A stretch of DNA of 64,000 nt, taken from positions 1 through 64,000 of the IMG/VR virus record IMGVR_UViG_3300020048_000106. One strand, written 5' to 3'. The stretch comes from a virus (lineage: Duplodnaviria; Caudoviricetes). The notes below the pieces were generated by a model. The model was not told the DNA's origin and ran no database searches. It saw only the letters and a list, made by a program, of their open reading frames with translations. Position numbers and translations under genes: made by a program. Shown here in pieces: positions 1 through 9,065 of this stretch (positions are counted from its first letter, which is position 1; each line of letters starts with the position of its first letter).

Positions 1-91
1 TGACACCAGAAGTTTGTACGGTTCCGTCTGCGATTAGAAGCACAGCCCCTATTGCTATTGGCTGGGGAGATGCGGCGTTTCGTGGATACAT
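1..91 (-). CDS. 5' part of a virion protein, truncated at window edge
   Basis: Hand translation from ATG at 91 gives MYPRNAASPQPIAIGAVLLIADGTVQTSGV, open to the edge; co-oriented with the structural operon. Confidence 0.6.
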   Translation of the reverse strand, partial: MYPRNAASPQPIAIGAVLLIADGTVQTSGV

Positions 92-107
92 TATTAAATT
101 TCTTCGT

Positions 108-794
108 TTAGAGGATTTGTGTTTGTGGCCGCAGCCAATAAGGTTTGAATGGTGCCGATGGAGGACCCCATGCAGCTACGAGGCTTGCCCTGCCTAGCGG
201 GTTTGAACCGGTAAAGTCACACGTGACAGACCGAGACACTGCTAAAACAGTCGCATCGCTGGCCGACGCGACAAGCAACCCTGCTTCTACCAGTACCCCT
301 CCGTCCGAAGTAAGCCCCGTCCAGTTTCGCCCAGAGGAACCGATGTAACCCGAATCAAATGCTACCGCGATTCCGTCTGCTGGAATGCTGATTGTTGTTG
401 AGCTTGGGTCCGCGCCCGAGCTCAGGTCAGTATCTACAGGAGCGGGAGCAATCCCATAAAGCGCGTAGGTAATAATCCCACACCTACTCACTTGTCGAGA
501 AAAAGTTACCGTTATTGTTCCTGTTGTCCCGGATGGGACGGCAATGATAGCTATTGCACTTGTATTTGCTCCCGAGCTTTGGTTAATCGTGTTGCTGAGC
601 AGGATGTCCGCTGAGACGCCTGCCACGGCGACATCGTTGACGTCTAATGCCGTGGTGCCGTTCGCTCTCGTAGCAACACACACTAAAATATGCCTGTCGA
701 TACTTTCATCGCCAAGGCTGCGGCCAGTGAACGTATAGGTCGTTCTATCTACCGAGTCTGAAATGGTCTGTAAAAAGACTCTACTGGCTACCAT
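108..794 (-). CDS. putative tail/virion structural protein
   Basis: ORF 108..845; likely start ATG 794 (MVASRV) with GGAG 6 nt upstream; beta-rich S/T/G/A/V composition; visibly lower GC than flanks. Confidence 0.65.
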   Translation of the reverse strand: MVASRVFLQTISDSVDRTTYTFTGRSLGDESIDRHILVCVATRANGTTALDVNDVAVAGVSADILLSNTINQSSGANTSAIAIIAVPSGTTGTITVTFSRQVSRCGIITYALYGIAPAPVDTDLSSGADPSSTTISIPADGIAVAFDSGYIGSSGRNWTGLTSDGGVLVEAGLLVASASDATVLAVSRSVTCDFTGSNPLGRASLVAAWGPPSAPFKPYWLRPQTQIL

Positions 795-882
795 GAGTCG
801 CTCCGAATGCGTGACCGATTCGATACGGCAAGCCGCCAGCGTCAATGTGGGTTACTGTGCCGGGTGCCTCTGGCGTCATGCG

Positions 883-1557
883 TTACTCCGCCAAAACTTC
901 GCTTGCGAGGACAACGTCCTCGACCGCGACCGTATGCGTGCGACCACCGAATCGAATGGTGAGGCATCCTGCACGATCAAAGTCGATCGCTTCGAACTCG
1001 CCGCTAATCGTGTCGTCGCCGGCCGCGACCAGGACCGGAGTCCCGGGGGCTGTCTTCGACCATTCGCCGGACATGAGCGAGGCCTGGGCTTCCTGGTCGA
1101 GCAGGTGCTGCGCGAGCGGGGTTGGCTTGTCGCTTGCCGAGACCTGCGACTGCCGCTTCGCTTCTTCCGGCGTGGTTAGCGAACCTTTGACGACTTCCAG
1201 GTTGCGAATCGGGAACTCGTTGACGTGCTCCATGCCGTCCAGCTTCACGGCAGCGATGCCGGCCGAAACTGTGCCTCGGTACATGCCCTCGAGCGGTTCC
1301 CCGCTTGGTCGCAGGATGCGAACCCGCGTGTTGTCCGGGATGTTCGACCATTGAACGCGATCGCCGCTGCCGTCCTTCTTCGGGCCGAGCCCGCAATGGC
1401 GGCAGAGGTCTACCAGCCCCACGTAACCAAGCGACGAACCGCCTCCAACCTTATGCAGCATCAGGGCGCGGACGTTGTGTTCTTCAACCAGCTCGGGAGG
1501 AAAGTCGTGCGTGCCGAGCATGGTCGCGAGGGTTTCGTAATCTTGGCCTTGGATCAC
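883..1557 (-). CDS. hypothetical phage protein with two small SH3/Tudor-like beta segments
   Basis: 224 aa; GTG start with AAGGA upstream; RVRILRP..EG.Y.G and PVLV..G....G.F segments. Confidence 0.65.
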   Translation of the reverse strand: MIQGQDYETLATMLGTHDFPPELVEEHNVRALMLHKVGGGSSLGYVGLVDLCRHCGLGPKKDGSGDRVQWSNIPDNTRVRILRPSGEPLEGMYRGTVSAGIAAVKLDGMEHVNEFPIRNLEVVKGSLTTPEEAKRQSQVSASDKPTPLAQHLLDQEAQASLMSGEWSKTAPGTPVLVAAGDDTISGEFEAIDFDRAGCLTIRFGGRTHTVAVEDVVLASEVLAE

Positions 1558-1588
1558 AGTCAGGTCTTCCTTGTAAAAGGTGGATATG

Positions 1589-1622
1589 AAAAGGGCCGCC
1601 CGGGCTGGGGCCTGGGCGGCCT
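1589..1622 (-). terminator. intrinsic terminator downstream of capsid genes
   Basis: Minus strand reads GGCCGCCCAG-loop-CCGGGCGGCC followed by CTTTT. Confidence 0.55.
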
Positions 1623-1649
1623 CGTTATATGACCGCCAGTGGCGGCCGA

Positions 1650-2507
1650 TTAGAGCCGGAAGGACTCAATCCAGTCGCACTGCAGCTTCGCCGCACTGCC
1701 CGCACTGGTCTTCACCGACAGCGTCGGAGTTAGCCGTACGCCGAGCGGAAGCGTGGCCTCCGCAACGGACTGGGCGATCCCGCCGACCTTGATGTTGTTG
1801 ACGAAGAACGACAACACGTCACCGTCGCCGCGGCCCGACGGGCTATACAGCAAGCCGAGCTTGACAAACGCCCCCGGCAAGTAGGTGTGGACGACACCGA
1901 TCGTGTCGACCACCGCGACGCCCGTCTTCCGGTAAACCGGACGGATGACGTTAGTGCCACCAATGGGAAGGTGGAACCCGATCAGGTCCGTGTCCTTCAG
2001 CACCATGGTCGTGTTGGCCATGAAGTTGGCCGCAGCGTTTCCGCCAGCCGCCAACCCGACAAACACGCCCTGAGCCGCCGAACTCGATCCGGACGGGATT
2101 GCAACCCTCGCCTCGAAGCCCCGCATGAGACTCGCCTTCGCCGCCGCGATCTGCATGAACGCCCCGGTCGGGGAGCCCACTTGCATCGTGATCTGGTGAT
2201 GCGCGGTCGCACCGGTCGACAGTTCGATCACGCCCGTGTCCGAAGCGACCTGCTTGATCGAACTGGCCGTCGTGGTCGTGTCCGTGTACGCGGTGTAGCC
2301 GTTGGCTTGCGCCGTGGCCGTCCCCGAAATCGCTGGGGCGATGTCGTTGAACCGGATGAAGTCATCGGTGTCGAAAATCGGCTCCGCGGGACGGCCGGGA
2401 GCCATCGAAGACTCGGCGGCCCATGCGAAGATCCGCGGACTGCGGCCGATGGCCCCGGTCTGCCCAAGGTGGTGGCTGTAAATGGCCGCCGCAATCGAAC
2501 TGTTCAT
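1650..2507 (-). CDS. putative capsid decoration/cement protein
   Basis: 285 aa, beta-rich, directly after the major capsid gene; GAGG SD. Confidence 0.6.
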   Translation of the reverse strand: MNSSIAAAIYSHHLGQTGAIGRSPRIFAWAAESSMAPGRPAEPIFDTDDFIRFNDIAPAISGTATAQANGYTAYTDTTTTASSIKQVASDTGVIELSTGATAHHQITMQVGSPTGAFMQIAAAKASLMRGFEARVAIPSGSSSAAQGVFVGLAAGGNAAANFMANTTMVLKDTDLIGFHLPIGGTNVIRPVYRKTGVAVVDTIGVVHTYLPGAFVKLGLLYSPSGRGDGDVLSFFVNNIKVGGIAQSVAEATLPLGVRLTPTLSVKTSAGSAAKLQCDWIESFRL

Positions 2508-2561
2508 TGTGAAACCTCTACGTTTGGATTAACTGGAACTGTGAAGTGCTGAGGGCGTGGC

Positions 2562-3608
2562 TTACAGCCGGCTGCCCACGAAGCACGCACGACGGTTGGT
2601 GCAGATCCACTGCATCCAGTTGTCGATGAAAACCTCGCGAACCGTGTGCTGATCCGCGGCCTGCTTCGGCTCGGATCGACGCATGTTGCCGCCCTTCTTC
2701 GAATAGGGGCGAATCACGGCCCAGTTGATCCCGTACAGCGGATCGCTGAGGTCGTTCTCTTCGAGGTACGGCACCCACTCAACGGTCACGCCGCCGATGG
2801 TCACCTGACCCATGTACTTGGCAACGTCGCTGCCGAGGTTGTCGTTGCGGCTTTCCGCCAGCGTTTCCAGGCGATCGGTCACCCGATACGTGCTGAAGAC
2901 TTCGTGCTGCTTCGGACCGAACGTCGCTTCCGGATGTGGGACGGGAGCCTTGAAGTGGGTGAACACCAGGGCCTTCTTGGTCTTGCGGACCAAGTCATCC
3001 TTGGTGACATGCTCGAACCCGAAGGTCCAGTTTCGCCAACGCGGGACGGTCACCGAACTTACGCCGGCCGCACCCTCCACGCTGAAGCCGGCCGGGTTAC
3101 CACCCATGAAGCCGCCTTCGGGAATCGCCGAGGGGTTCTTCTGCAGCCAGAACGGGATGCCCATCGGAGACTTGTCCGCGGGGCCAACCGGAGCGTTCCA
3201 CAGGTGCTCTTCGTTGAGCTCCGCGAGGTCGGTCAAGGCGTCGTGCTCACGCACCTTGAGCACCTTGATGATCGTCGCGCGGTCGCTCTGGAAGAACGGC
3301 TCGTCGATGTCATAAACAAAACCGGTGACCTGCTTGGCCCAGCTCACCTTGGCGTCCGCCATGACGTCTTCGACCTGCAGGTTGTCTTTGTCGTACAACC
3401 CCGAGACGCGAGCGTTGCCCGTGTTGCGCGTCTTGATCTGGAACTGGACGTGCGGGCCTCCTTCTTCCATGACCAGCTTTTCGGTCACGATCCGCTTGAA
3501 GATGTAGTGCTGCAAGCCAACCGACAAATCGGTCCACTTGTGCTTTTTGAAGCTGTTCAGCGTCAGCTTAACGAAGTCGTCAATCTTGTCCGGAGTCAAG
3601 AAAGTCAC
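2562..3608 (-). CDS. major capsid protein
   Basis: 348 aa after portal and scaffold; GIPFWL and RWRNWT segments resemble phage MCPs; GTG start with AAGGCAGG upstream. Confidence 0.8.
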   Translation of the reverse strand: MTFLTPDKIDDFVKLTLNSFKKHKWTDLSVGLQHYIFKRIVTEKLVMEEGGPHVQFQIKTRNTGNARVSGLYDKDNLQVEDVMADAKVSWAKQVTGFVYDIDEPFFQSDRATIIKVLKVREHDALTDLAELNEEHLWNAPVGPADKSPMGIPFWLQKNPSAIPEGGFMGGNPAGFSVEGAAGVSSVTVPRWRNWTFGFEHVTKDDLVRKTKKALVFTHFKAPVPHPEATFGPKQHEVFSTYRVTDRLETLAESRNDNLGSDVAKYMGQVTIGGVTVEWVPYLEENDLSDPLYGINWAVIRPYSKKGGNMRRSEPKQAADQHTVREVFIDNWMQWICTNRRACFVGSRL

Positions 3609-3667
3609 GTGTCACCTGCCTTCCGTAGCGGCCTCACGGCCAGTCAACATCCCTTGTAATGAACGTC

Positions 3668-4678
3668 CTATCGTTGGACGTTCTTGTCCCACCAAGCGAC
3701 CAGCGCCGGATCATCCGCGATCTCGTCCGCCGTTCGTTCGTCGTCCCGATCCCGCGACGACGCCCTTGCGGACGCGCTGCCCGAACTGATCGGGCGACGG
3801 GCTGCCGACTGCTTTCGCAACGCATCGGACTTTGCTGCCGCTGGCTTGGACTTGACAACGCCGAGCCTGTTACTGGCTTCGGCAACCGTTTCTTCCCAAG
3901 TCAGGCTAGTTTTGCCCTTCTTCTGCTGGTCGGCCGCGATCTTTTCGACCTCGGCAAATAGCTGCGTCCGGGCTTCGATCTGCGCGTTACTCAGCGCGAC
4001 CATTCGGCCGCGGCTGTCCCTCGCCTCGCCCAGCGACGGGTTAGACAATGCGTCCACTGCGTCGCTGAACTGAGTGATGATTCGTTCGTGCTGCAACTGC
4101 GAAACGAACTGCTCTAGGCCTTCCAGCTTCTTTTGGGCCGCGATCCGCAGTTCCTGTTCTCGCCGCACCGCCCTGGCGATCCCGAGCGACCGATCGTCAA
4201 ACGGCTCGTCGCTGTAAGCCTCATCGGTGCCGTCGTACAGCTCGAGCTTCAACAGCTCGTCTAGGCTTTGCTTTCCTTCGTCGGTGGAATCGCCGTCCGG
4301 CTTGCCCGCAGTCAGGAACGCAACCTTTTCTTCCAGGTCCAGGTATCGCCGCAGTGCCTTTGGCGATCCGAAATCCTTCAGGTCATCGTCCTCAAGCCCA
4401 ATCGCCTTGGCTCGCTCGATGTCGGCTTCGTCGAACGCTCGGGCTTCGGCTTCTGTGTTTTTCTCGCTGGCGGATTCCTTCCCGCCAGCGGCTTCGCCTT
4501 CGACAGATCCATCGTCGTCGGCACCTTCCGTGGTCTCTTGCTCTTGGTCTTCAACATCGGAATCGTCGGTGTCGTCCGACGTTGCTTCCGGGACCGGACC
4601 GCCGCCGTATGGTGCTTCAGCAAGCAGCATTTCTTCGGGGGTCAATTCGAACTCGGTTGCGACTGCTTCCACTGACAT
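3668..4678 (-). CDS. capsid scaffolding protein
   Basis: 336 aa; acidic disordered N-terminus, helical middle, basic C-terminus; immediately upstream of MCP. Confidence 0.7.
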   Translation of the reverse strand: MSVEAVATEFELTPEEMLLAEAPYGGGPVPEATSDDTDDSDVEDQEQETTEGADDDGSVEGEAAGGKESASEKNTEAEARAFDEADIERAKAIGLEDDDLKDFGSPKALRRYLDLEEKVAFLTAGKPDGDSTDEGKQSLDELLKLELYDGTDEAYSDEPFDDRSLGIARAVRREQELRIAAQKKLEGLEQFVSQLQHERIITQFSDAVDALSNPSLGEARDSRGRMVALSNAQIEARTQLFAEVEKIAADQQKKGKTSLTWEETVAEASNRLGVVKSKPAAAKSDALRKQSAARRPISSGSASARASSRDRDDERTADEIADDPALVAWWDKNVQR

Positions 4679-4721
4679 CGATTGCTCGCGATTAAGGTTT
4701 GTTGGTTATTGCGCAAGAGGC

Positions 4722-4735
4722 GGCACAGTGTCAAC
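4722..4735 (-). promoter_or_regulatory. TTGACAC-N-GTG motif upstream of scaffold/capsid genes
   Basis: GTTGACACTGTGCC on minus strand in the intergenic gap; member of a recurring family; -10 box not clear. Confidence 0.55.
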
Positions 4736-4737
4736 GA

Positions 4738-5874
4738 TTATCGAAGGATTAAATCCCACAAGTTCTCGGCGACTCTCTTGAGCGTGAAGTTGGAATGCTG
4801 GCCGAGCGACGCCGCTGCCGTTCGGTTGTTTACGGTCACGCCGGCTCCTTCCGCGATCGTCACGGTGGCGGTCGATGCGATCCGAAACTCGATCTCTGTG
4901 TCAGCCGGCCAATTGACGGTGGCTTGTTGCAGCACCGTCACGGTCACAGCCCCTGCATTGGTAAGCCGGACGTATCGGCCAACGTCGCCCAATCCAAGCG
5001 AGACTGCCGCGCCGGCTTCGGTCTTGGTGATCGAAAACACTGGGGCGATTTCATGGAATCCGCGAGTCCCGCCGCTGTTGGTTCCGTAGAACCGATTCGC
5101 TCCTGGGGTAGAGGCGTCGCCCACGAGCTGCACTGATCCAGCGTCGTACTGAACGGAGTTTTTGACGGTCGTTGGTGGAGCGACAGGCAGTGCGTGATAG
5201 CCCCGCGTCCCGGCACCGTTCGTTCCGTAGTATCGGCTGGCGGCGGGCGTGGCTTCGTCATTCACGAGCGCGAGCGTGCGGTTGGCGGAGAGATTTCCGC
5301 CGCCGTCGAGGCTGTTTGCAGTTGCGACCGTTCGGCTGCCGGGAACGAGGTTGGTCCCGTCGAACCCGGCCGTCTTTACGAGCTTGCCGCTGGTCCCGTT
5401 GAACAGCACCAGATGGCCATCAACCGCGGATGCCGGGCCCACAACGTCACCGCCGCCGGCTGGCGTCGAGTAGACCAAGTTGCCGTCCGCATCCACCGAA
5501 CTGACGAATTGGCCGGACGTGCCGGCATTGCGTTTGACCCCTCCGATCACGGTGGTGGTCGGAGGGGGGAGCGTGTAGTTGTTCGCCCCAGCAGAGATCC
5601 CGTTGAGCTTCGTTTTGTCCGTGCTCGACATCAGCCCGCGGGCATCCGTGGTCGCTTCCGGGATCTGATCAGTGCCGCTGACGTGCGCCGTGGCGTGAGC
5701 CGATGGCGTTCGGGCGTTGGAAAGCCTGGCGTCGTTCCCGAGCACAACCTGAGAACTGCCGGTCCCCGTGTTGAGCACCGCACTGTTCCCGAGCCCCATC
5801 GCAGCTCGCATGGCAGATTGGTTGGCGGCCTGCATCAGGTCGTGGATGGCTGCGGAAACTGTGATGTCTGCCAT
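4738..5874 (-). CDS. fibre/collar-like virion protein
   Basis: 378 aa G/T/A-rich; LGNSAVLNTGT, GNDARLSNAR and duplicated YYGTNGAGTRGYH/FYGTNSGGTRGFH motifs. Confidence 0.65.
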   Translation of the reverse strand: MADITVSAAIHDLMQAANQSAMRAAMGLGNSAVLNTGTGSSQVVLGNDARLSNARTPSAHATAHVSGTDQIPEATTDARGLMSSTDKTKLNGISAGANNYTLPPPTTTVIGGVKRNAGTSGQFVSSVDADGNLVYSTPAGGGDVVGPASAVDGHLVLFNGTSGKLVKTAGFDGTNLVPGSRTVATANSLDGGGNLSANRTLALVNDEATPAASRYYGTNGAGTRGYHALPVAPPTTVKNSVQYDAGSVQLVGDASTPGANRFYGTNSGGTRGFHEIAPVFSITKTEAGAAVSLGLGDVGRYVRLTNAGAVTVTVLQQATVNWPADTEIEFRIASTATVTIAEGAGVTVNNRTAAASLGQHSNFTLKRVAENLWDLILR

Positions 5875-6218
5875 TACCGATACCGAATGTTGAGTTTTCC
5901 GACGACTGCACCACCGCCGCCAGCGAGGGTGATAACCATGGCGGCATTCTTGCCAGCCACTTCGCGGTACAGCGGGCCGTCAAAGGAAATGAATCCCTCC
6001 CCGGCTGCTGGTACGCTCAGATCGAACACTGTCGTGCCGTTGATCGTGATGGTCAGGCCGCCGCCGGTTGGGGTGGCAGTGTAGCTGTACGCGATCCAGT
6101 CCAACGCCCAAAACTGGTCGGACGCGGCTGCAATGGTAATAACGGTGGCCGCACCTGCGGCTCCGGATGCTGTTACGAGGACCGGACTGGCGTCCTGGTC
6201 AATTAGATTGTGCCTCAC
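5874..6218 (-). CDS. small virion protein
   Basis: 114 aa beta-rich, coupled to neighbours. Confidence 0.6.
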   Translation of the reverse strand: MRHNLIDQDASPVLVTASGAAGAATVITIAAASDQFWALDWIAYSYTATPTGGGLTITINGTTVFDLSVPAAGEGFISFDGPLYREVAGKNAAMVITLAGGGGAVVGKLNIRYR

Positions 6219-6676
6219 GAGTACACCCTTTTGGCAAGCTGTTTTGCACGGTCCAGGTCGCCCGGCGTAAGCATGGCGCCCGATCCGTTTTTACTGTTGT
6301 GATCTGCCATCCCCCGGTCGCGGATGTACCGGTTGAAAGCCCTGGGAGAGGATGCCCGAACCTGCATGAATCCGTCAACGCTTGGGTCGGGCGTGAACTC
6401 GACGCCTCGGTGGCCGTGGGCTTTGCGGTGGGCCTCCATTTCCGGAAGCTGACTCGCGATGAAGCCGGCGGCGTCACTGACAATCTCGACTCGCTCTCGG
6501 CACGGACCGGCCGTTCGTTTCTGCTGCGGCTGCTCGAGGTCGCGGGCTCGGCGGTGTGGCTGGCCCTCGAGCTGGATGATGCCCATGCAATCGGCCTTCA
6601 TCATCGTGGCGAAGTCCATCCATTTAACATCCCCGGTCAGCTCGGACCGGAACGGGTACTTTGTCACTTTGTCCAT
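6215..6676 (-). CDS. hypothetical head-module protein
   Basis: 153 aa directly after portal; 4-nt overlap with the next gene. Confidence 0.6.
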   Translation of the reverse strand: MDKVTKYPFRSELTGDVKWMDFATMMKADCMGIIQLEGQPHRRARDLEQPQQKRTAGPCRERVEIVSDAAGFIASQLPEMEAHRKAHGHRGVEFTPDPSVDGFMQVRASSPRAFNRYIRDRGMADHNSKNGSGAMLTPGDLDRAKQLAKRVYS

Positions 6677-6678
6677 CC

Positions 6679-8421
6679 CTATCGCTTTACTCCTGTCCAG
6701 GCCGAGGCGTCCGGCACCGCCGGGGCACCGCCGTTGGCGTCCTGGCGAACGTATCGCCTTTCCGTGGAAGCCGGCATCGAACTACCACCGCCTTCGCCGC
6801 CGGGGCCCTGGCTTTCTGCCAGTGGGTTGCTGAACACCACGACCTCTCTCAGTCGCGGAAGATTCAGCAGTTCGGCGTAGATTTCCGTGAGCTGTGCGAA
6901 GTTGATCGTCCCGCCCTGCTCCGCGAGCATCTGGGCCATCGGTGCGTAAATCTGGGTCAACAGCGAGTTGATCGCTCCGATCCGCTCCGCTGGCCCCTGG
7001 TAGGTCATGCTGTGGACGTCGATGTCGACCTCATAGTCGCTGAATTGCCCCTCGCGCAGGTCCGGAGTCCAGTCGGCTCGCACCCGGTACTGCGGATACT
7101 GCGGGATGGTCATCTCGCCAGGGATCGTCGTGAAGCCGTCTTGCCAAAGCAGATACAAGAGCTCGCGAATGACGTCCGTGGTTGCGTCAAGGACTTGCTT
7201 CTGCATCTGAGCGCCCTTCTTGGACGCGCTCGAGTGGATGAGCTTTTCTTGGCCGACCGTGTCCGACGTGGCACCCAGTCCGATCAGGGCCGGCAGGTTG
7301 CCAGCCATCCGGTCGAATAGCTGCACCGTGTTCAGCATAAACGCCTGGTTGCCCGGGTCAGAACCGCCCTGGCGAATAACGGAAACCTCGCGAGCGTCGT
7401 TGACCGGAACCCACTGGCCGTCGATTGCGTTCTGCAAGCCTTTGGCCCCGTCCGTGCCGGCGGGTGTGTAAACTGGATTTTCCTTTTGACGTTGAGCCTG
7501 GTTGGCCTGCTTGTTCATCAAGTTGTTCGACAGGCGGTCGAGCGGTGCCAAGTGCGACGCGGGCCCCACCGGCATGATATTCTTCGGGACGGGGTTGAAC
7601 CCCAGCTTCCGATACGGACCTCGCTCGGTGCCAATCCACTTGTACTTGGCGATGCAGCGTGGATTGATCGTGAATCGATTCCGCGACTCCACCAGGAATG
7701 TGTAAACCATCTGGGCTCGCGGGACATAGATGTCCGCTACGTCAATGTCGTCGTAGATCCGGTTGTCGTCCGACTCGTACCCGACGCTCAGTCGATCGAT
7801 GCGATCCGAGCCGGCACCTGCTTCGAGCGTCGCCCCTTCGCCCATCTCGGCGACAACGTCCTGGTCGTAGATGGCTGCGTCATTCAAGGCTTCGCGCGGC
7901 AGCCGGTACATATCGCCGATGTAGGTCGCTTCGGTGAGTTTCTTGGCTTCCGTGTCGTAAACGAAGTCGTCGATCGAGATGTTGGAGACGAACGGCATCC
8001 CCGGGTCCATCTCGACGTTGCCCTCGGCCACAACTTGACCGCTGTCCGCCATGTGGATCTTAACGATCCCGACGTTGAAGAACGCATCCATGACCCATTC
8101 GGCGTGGGTTTCCGCGAAGTTGATCCGCTTGAGCAGGTTGTTGCCCGCGATCTGCATCCGCTTGGCGAACGCCCGATGCTGGGATGCGTGGGTGGAAGTC
8201 AAGATTCGCGGCGTGCTGCCGGCCAGCAACATCATGTAGGCGTCGACCGCCTGGTTCATGAGGTTCATGTACTTTTCGCGGGTGCCTTCCTCAGCCTCGC
8301 CGTAGCCCGGCCCGGCGTATTCGGCGATCAGGCCTTTCGTCAGCCGGCGGAACGGCTCGAGTTGGCGATAGGACCGCTCGACGGCGCCAGTCAGTTTTTT
8401 TAGCTGATCGTCCGTTAGCAT
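6679..8421 (-). CDS. portal protein
   Basis: 580 aa between terminase and scaffold/capsid; size and helical pattern of podovirus-type portals. Confidence 0.8.
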   Translation of the reverse strand: MLTDDQLKKLTGAVERSYRQLEPFRRLTKGLIAEYAGPGYGEAEEGTREKYMNLMNQAVDAYMMLLAGSTPRILTSTHASQHRAFAKRMQIAGNNLLKRINFAETHAEWVMDAFFNVGIVKIHMADSGQVVAEGNVEMDPGMPFVSNISIDDFVYDTEAKKLTEATYIGDMYRLPREALNDAAIYDQDVVAEMGEGATLEAGAGSDRIDRLSVGYESDDNRIYDDIDVADIYVPRAQMVYTFLVESRNRFTINPRCIAKYKWIGTERGPYRKLGFNPVPKNIMPVGPASHLAPLDRLSNNLMNKQANQAQRQKENPVYTPAGTDGAKGLQNAIDGQWVPVNDAREVSVIRQGGSDPGNQAFMLNTVQLFDRMAGNLPALIGLGATSDTVGQEKLIHSSASKKGAQMQKQVLDATTDVIRELLYLLWQDGFTTIPGEMTIPQYPQYRVRADWTPDLREGQFSDYEVDIDVHSMTYQGPAERIGAINSLLTQIYAPMAQMLAEQGGTINFAQLTEIYAELLNLPRLREVVVFSNPLAESQGPGGEGGGSSMPASTERRYVRQDANGGAPAVPDASAWTGVKR

Positions 8422-9065
8422 CTTATCGTTTTCCTTCGGAACTCTTCATACAGCTCATCCGCGGATGGTTCGGGCCAGTCGGCCTCTGGCATCCGCTCTC
8501 GCTCAGCGGCCGTGAATGCCGCGAAGGCTTCATCGTCTTCGCAGTCCGGCGACCACGTGTCACCGCTCGAAAACGGCGACAGTTCCCGACTGACACGGTC
8601 CGCCATGACCTCGATCTTTTCCCACGATCCGGGCTTCATATTAACGCCCGGACCCTCAGGCAACACTGTGTCAATCGCACGAAGTGAGCCGTTTTGTACA
8701 TCAAGGCACGGCCAACATGCAACGCACGGGACCGATCGGATCGAGACCCCACAGTAAAAGCACTTGACGATCACGCCTGGCGGAAGGCTCTCGCCGTACG
8801 CCCCGGGAAGCCCGTCCCGCAGTAACTTTGCGGTGAATGGGTCGCCCCGCAGCGACCGAATGAACGCCAAGAGGGGGGAGTATTCCATGCGGACGATCTC
8901 CGCGATCTGACGCTTGGTCAGCTCCGTCGACTGCAACAGGCCGATTACCAGCCTGGTTTGCGGCCTCAATTCGTCGTACTGCCGATCGAGCCCGGCGGAT
9001 CGCACCCCGCCGCGGCGAATGTTCAAAAGCTCCGGACGTGTGACCCGAGCGTTCGTTCGTCCCAT
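8415..9065 (-). CDS. putative DNA-binding protein (HTH-like plus Cys cluster)
   Basis: ORF 8415..9110, likely start ATG 9065; LTKRQIAEIVRMEYS HTH-like segment; CFYC..PCVACWPC. Confidence 0.5.
   Translation of the reverse strand: MGRTNARVTRPELLNIRRGGVRSAGLDRQYDELRPQTRLVIGLLQSTELTKRQIAEIVRMEYSPLLAFIRSLRGDPFTAKLLRDGLPGAYGESLPPGVIVKCFYCGVSIRSVPCVACWPCLDVQNGSLRAIDTVLPEGPGVNMKPGSWEKIEVMADRVSRELSPFSSGDTWSPDCEDDEAFAAFTAAERERMPEADWPEPSADELYEEFRRKTIRC

Noticed and set aside
2646-3659. Long antisense or alternate-frame ORFs (e.g. 2646..3659+, 7486..8403+, 19246..20325-, 39602..40642+, 47177..48541+, 60307..61356+)
   Set aside because: Shadows of well-supported genes in high-GC DNA, with no motifs or RBS; unlike 52336..52707, they lack SD and GC3 support.
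108-5874. Diversity-generating retroelement acting on tail genes
   Set aside because: No reverse transcriptase and no adenine-variant template/variable repeat pair seen.
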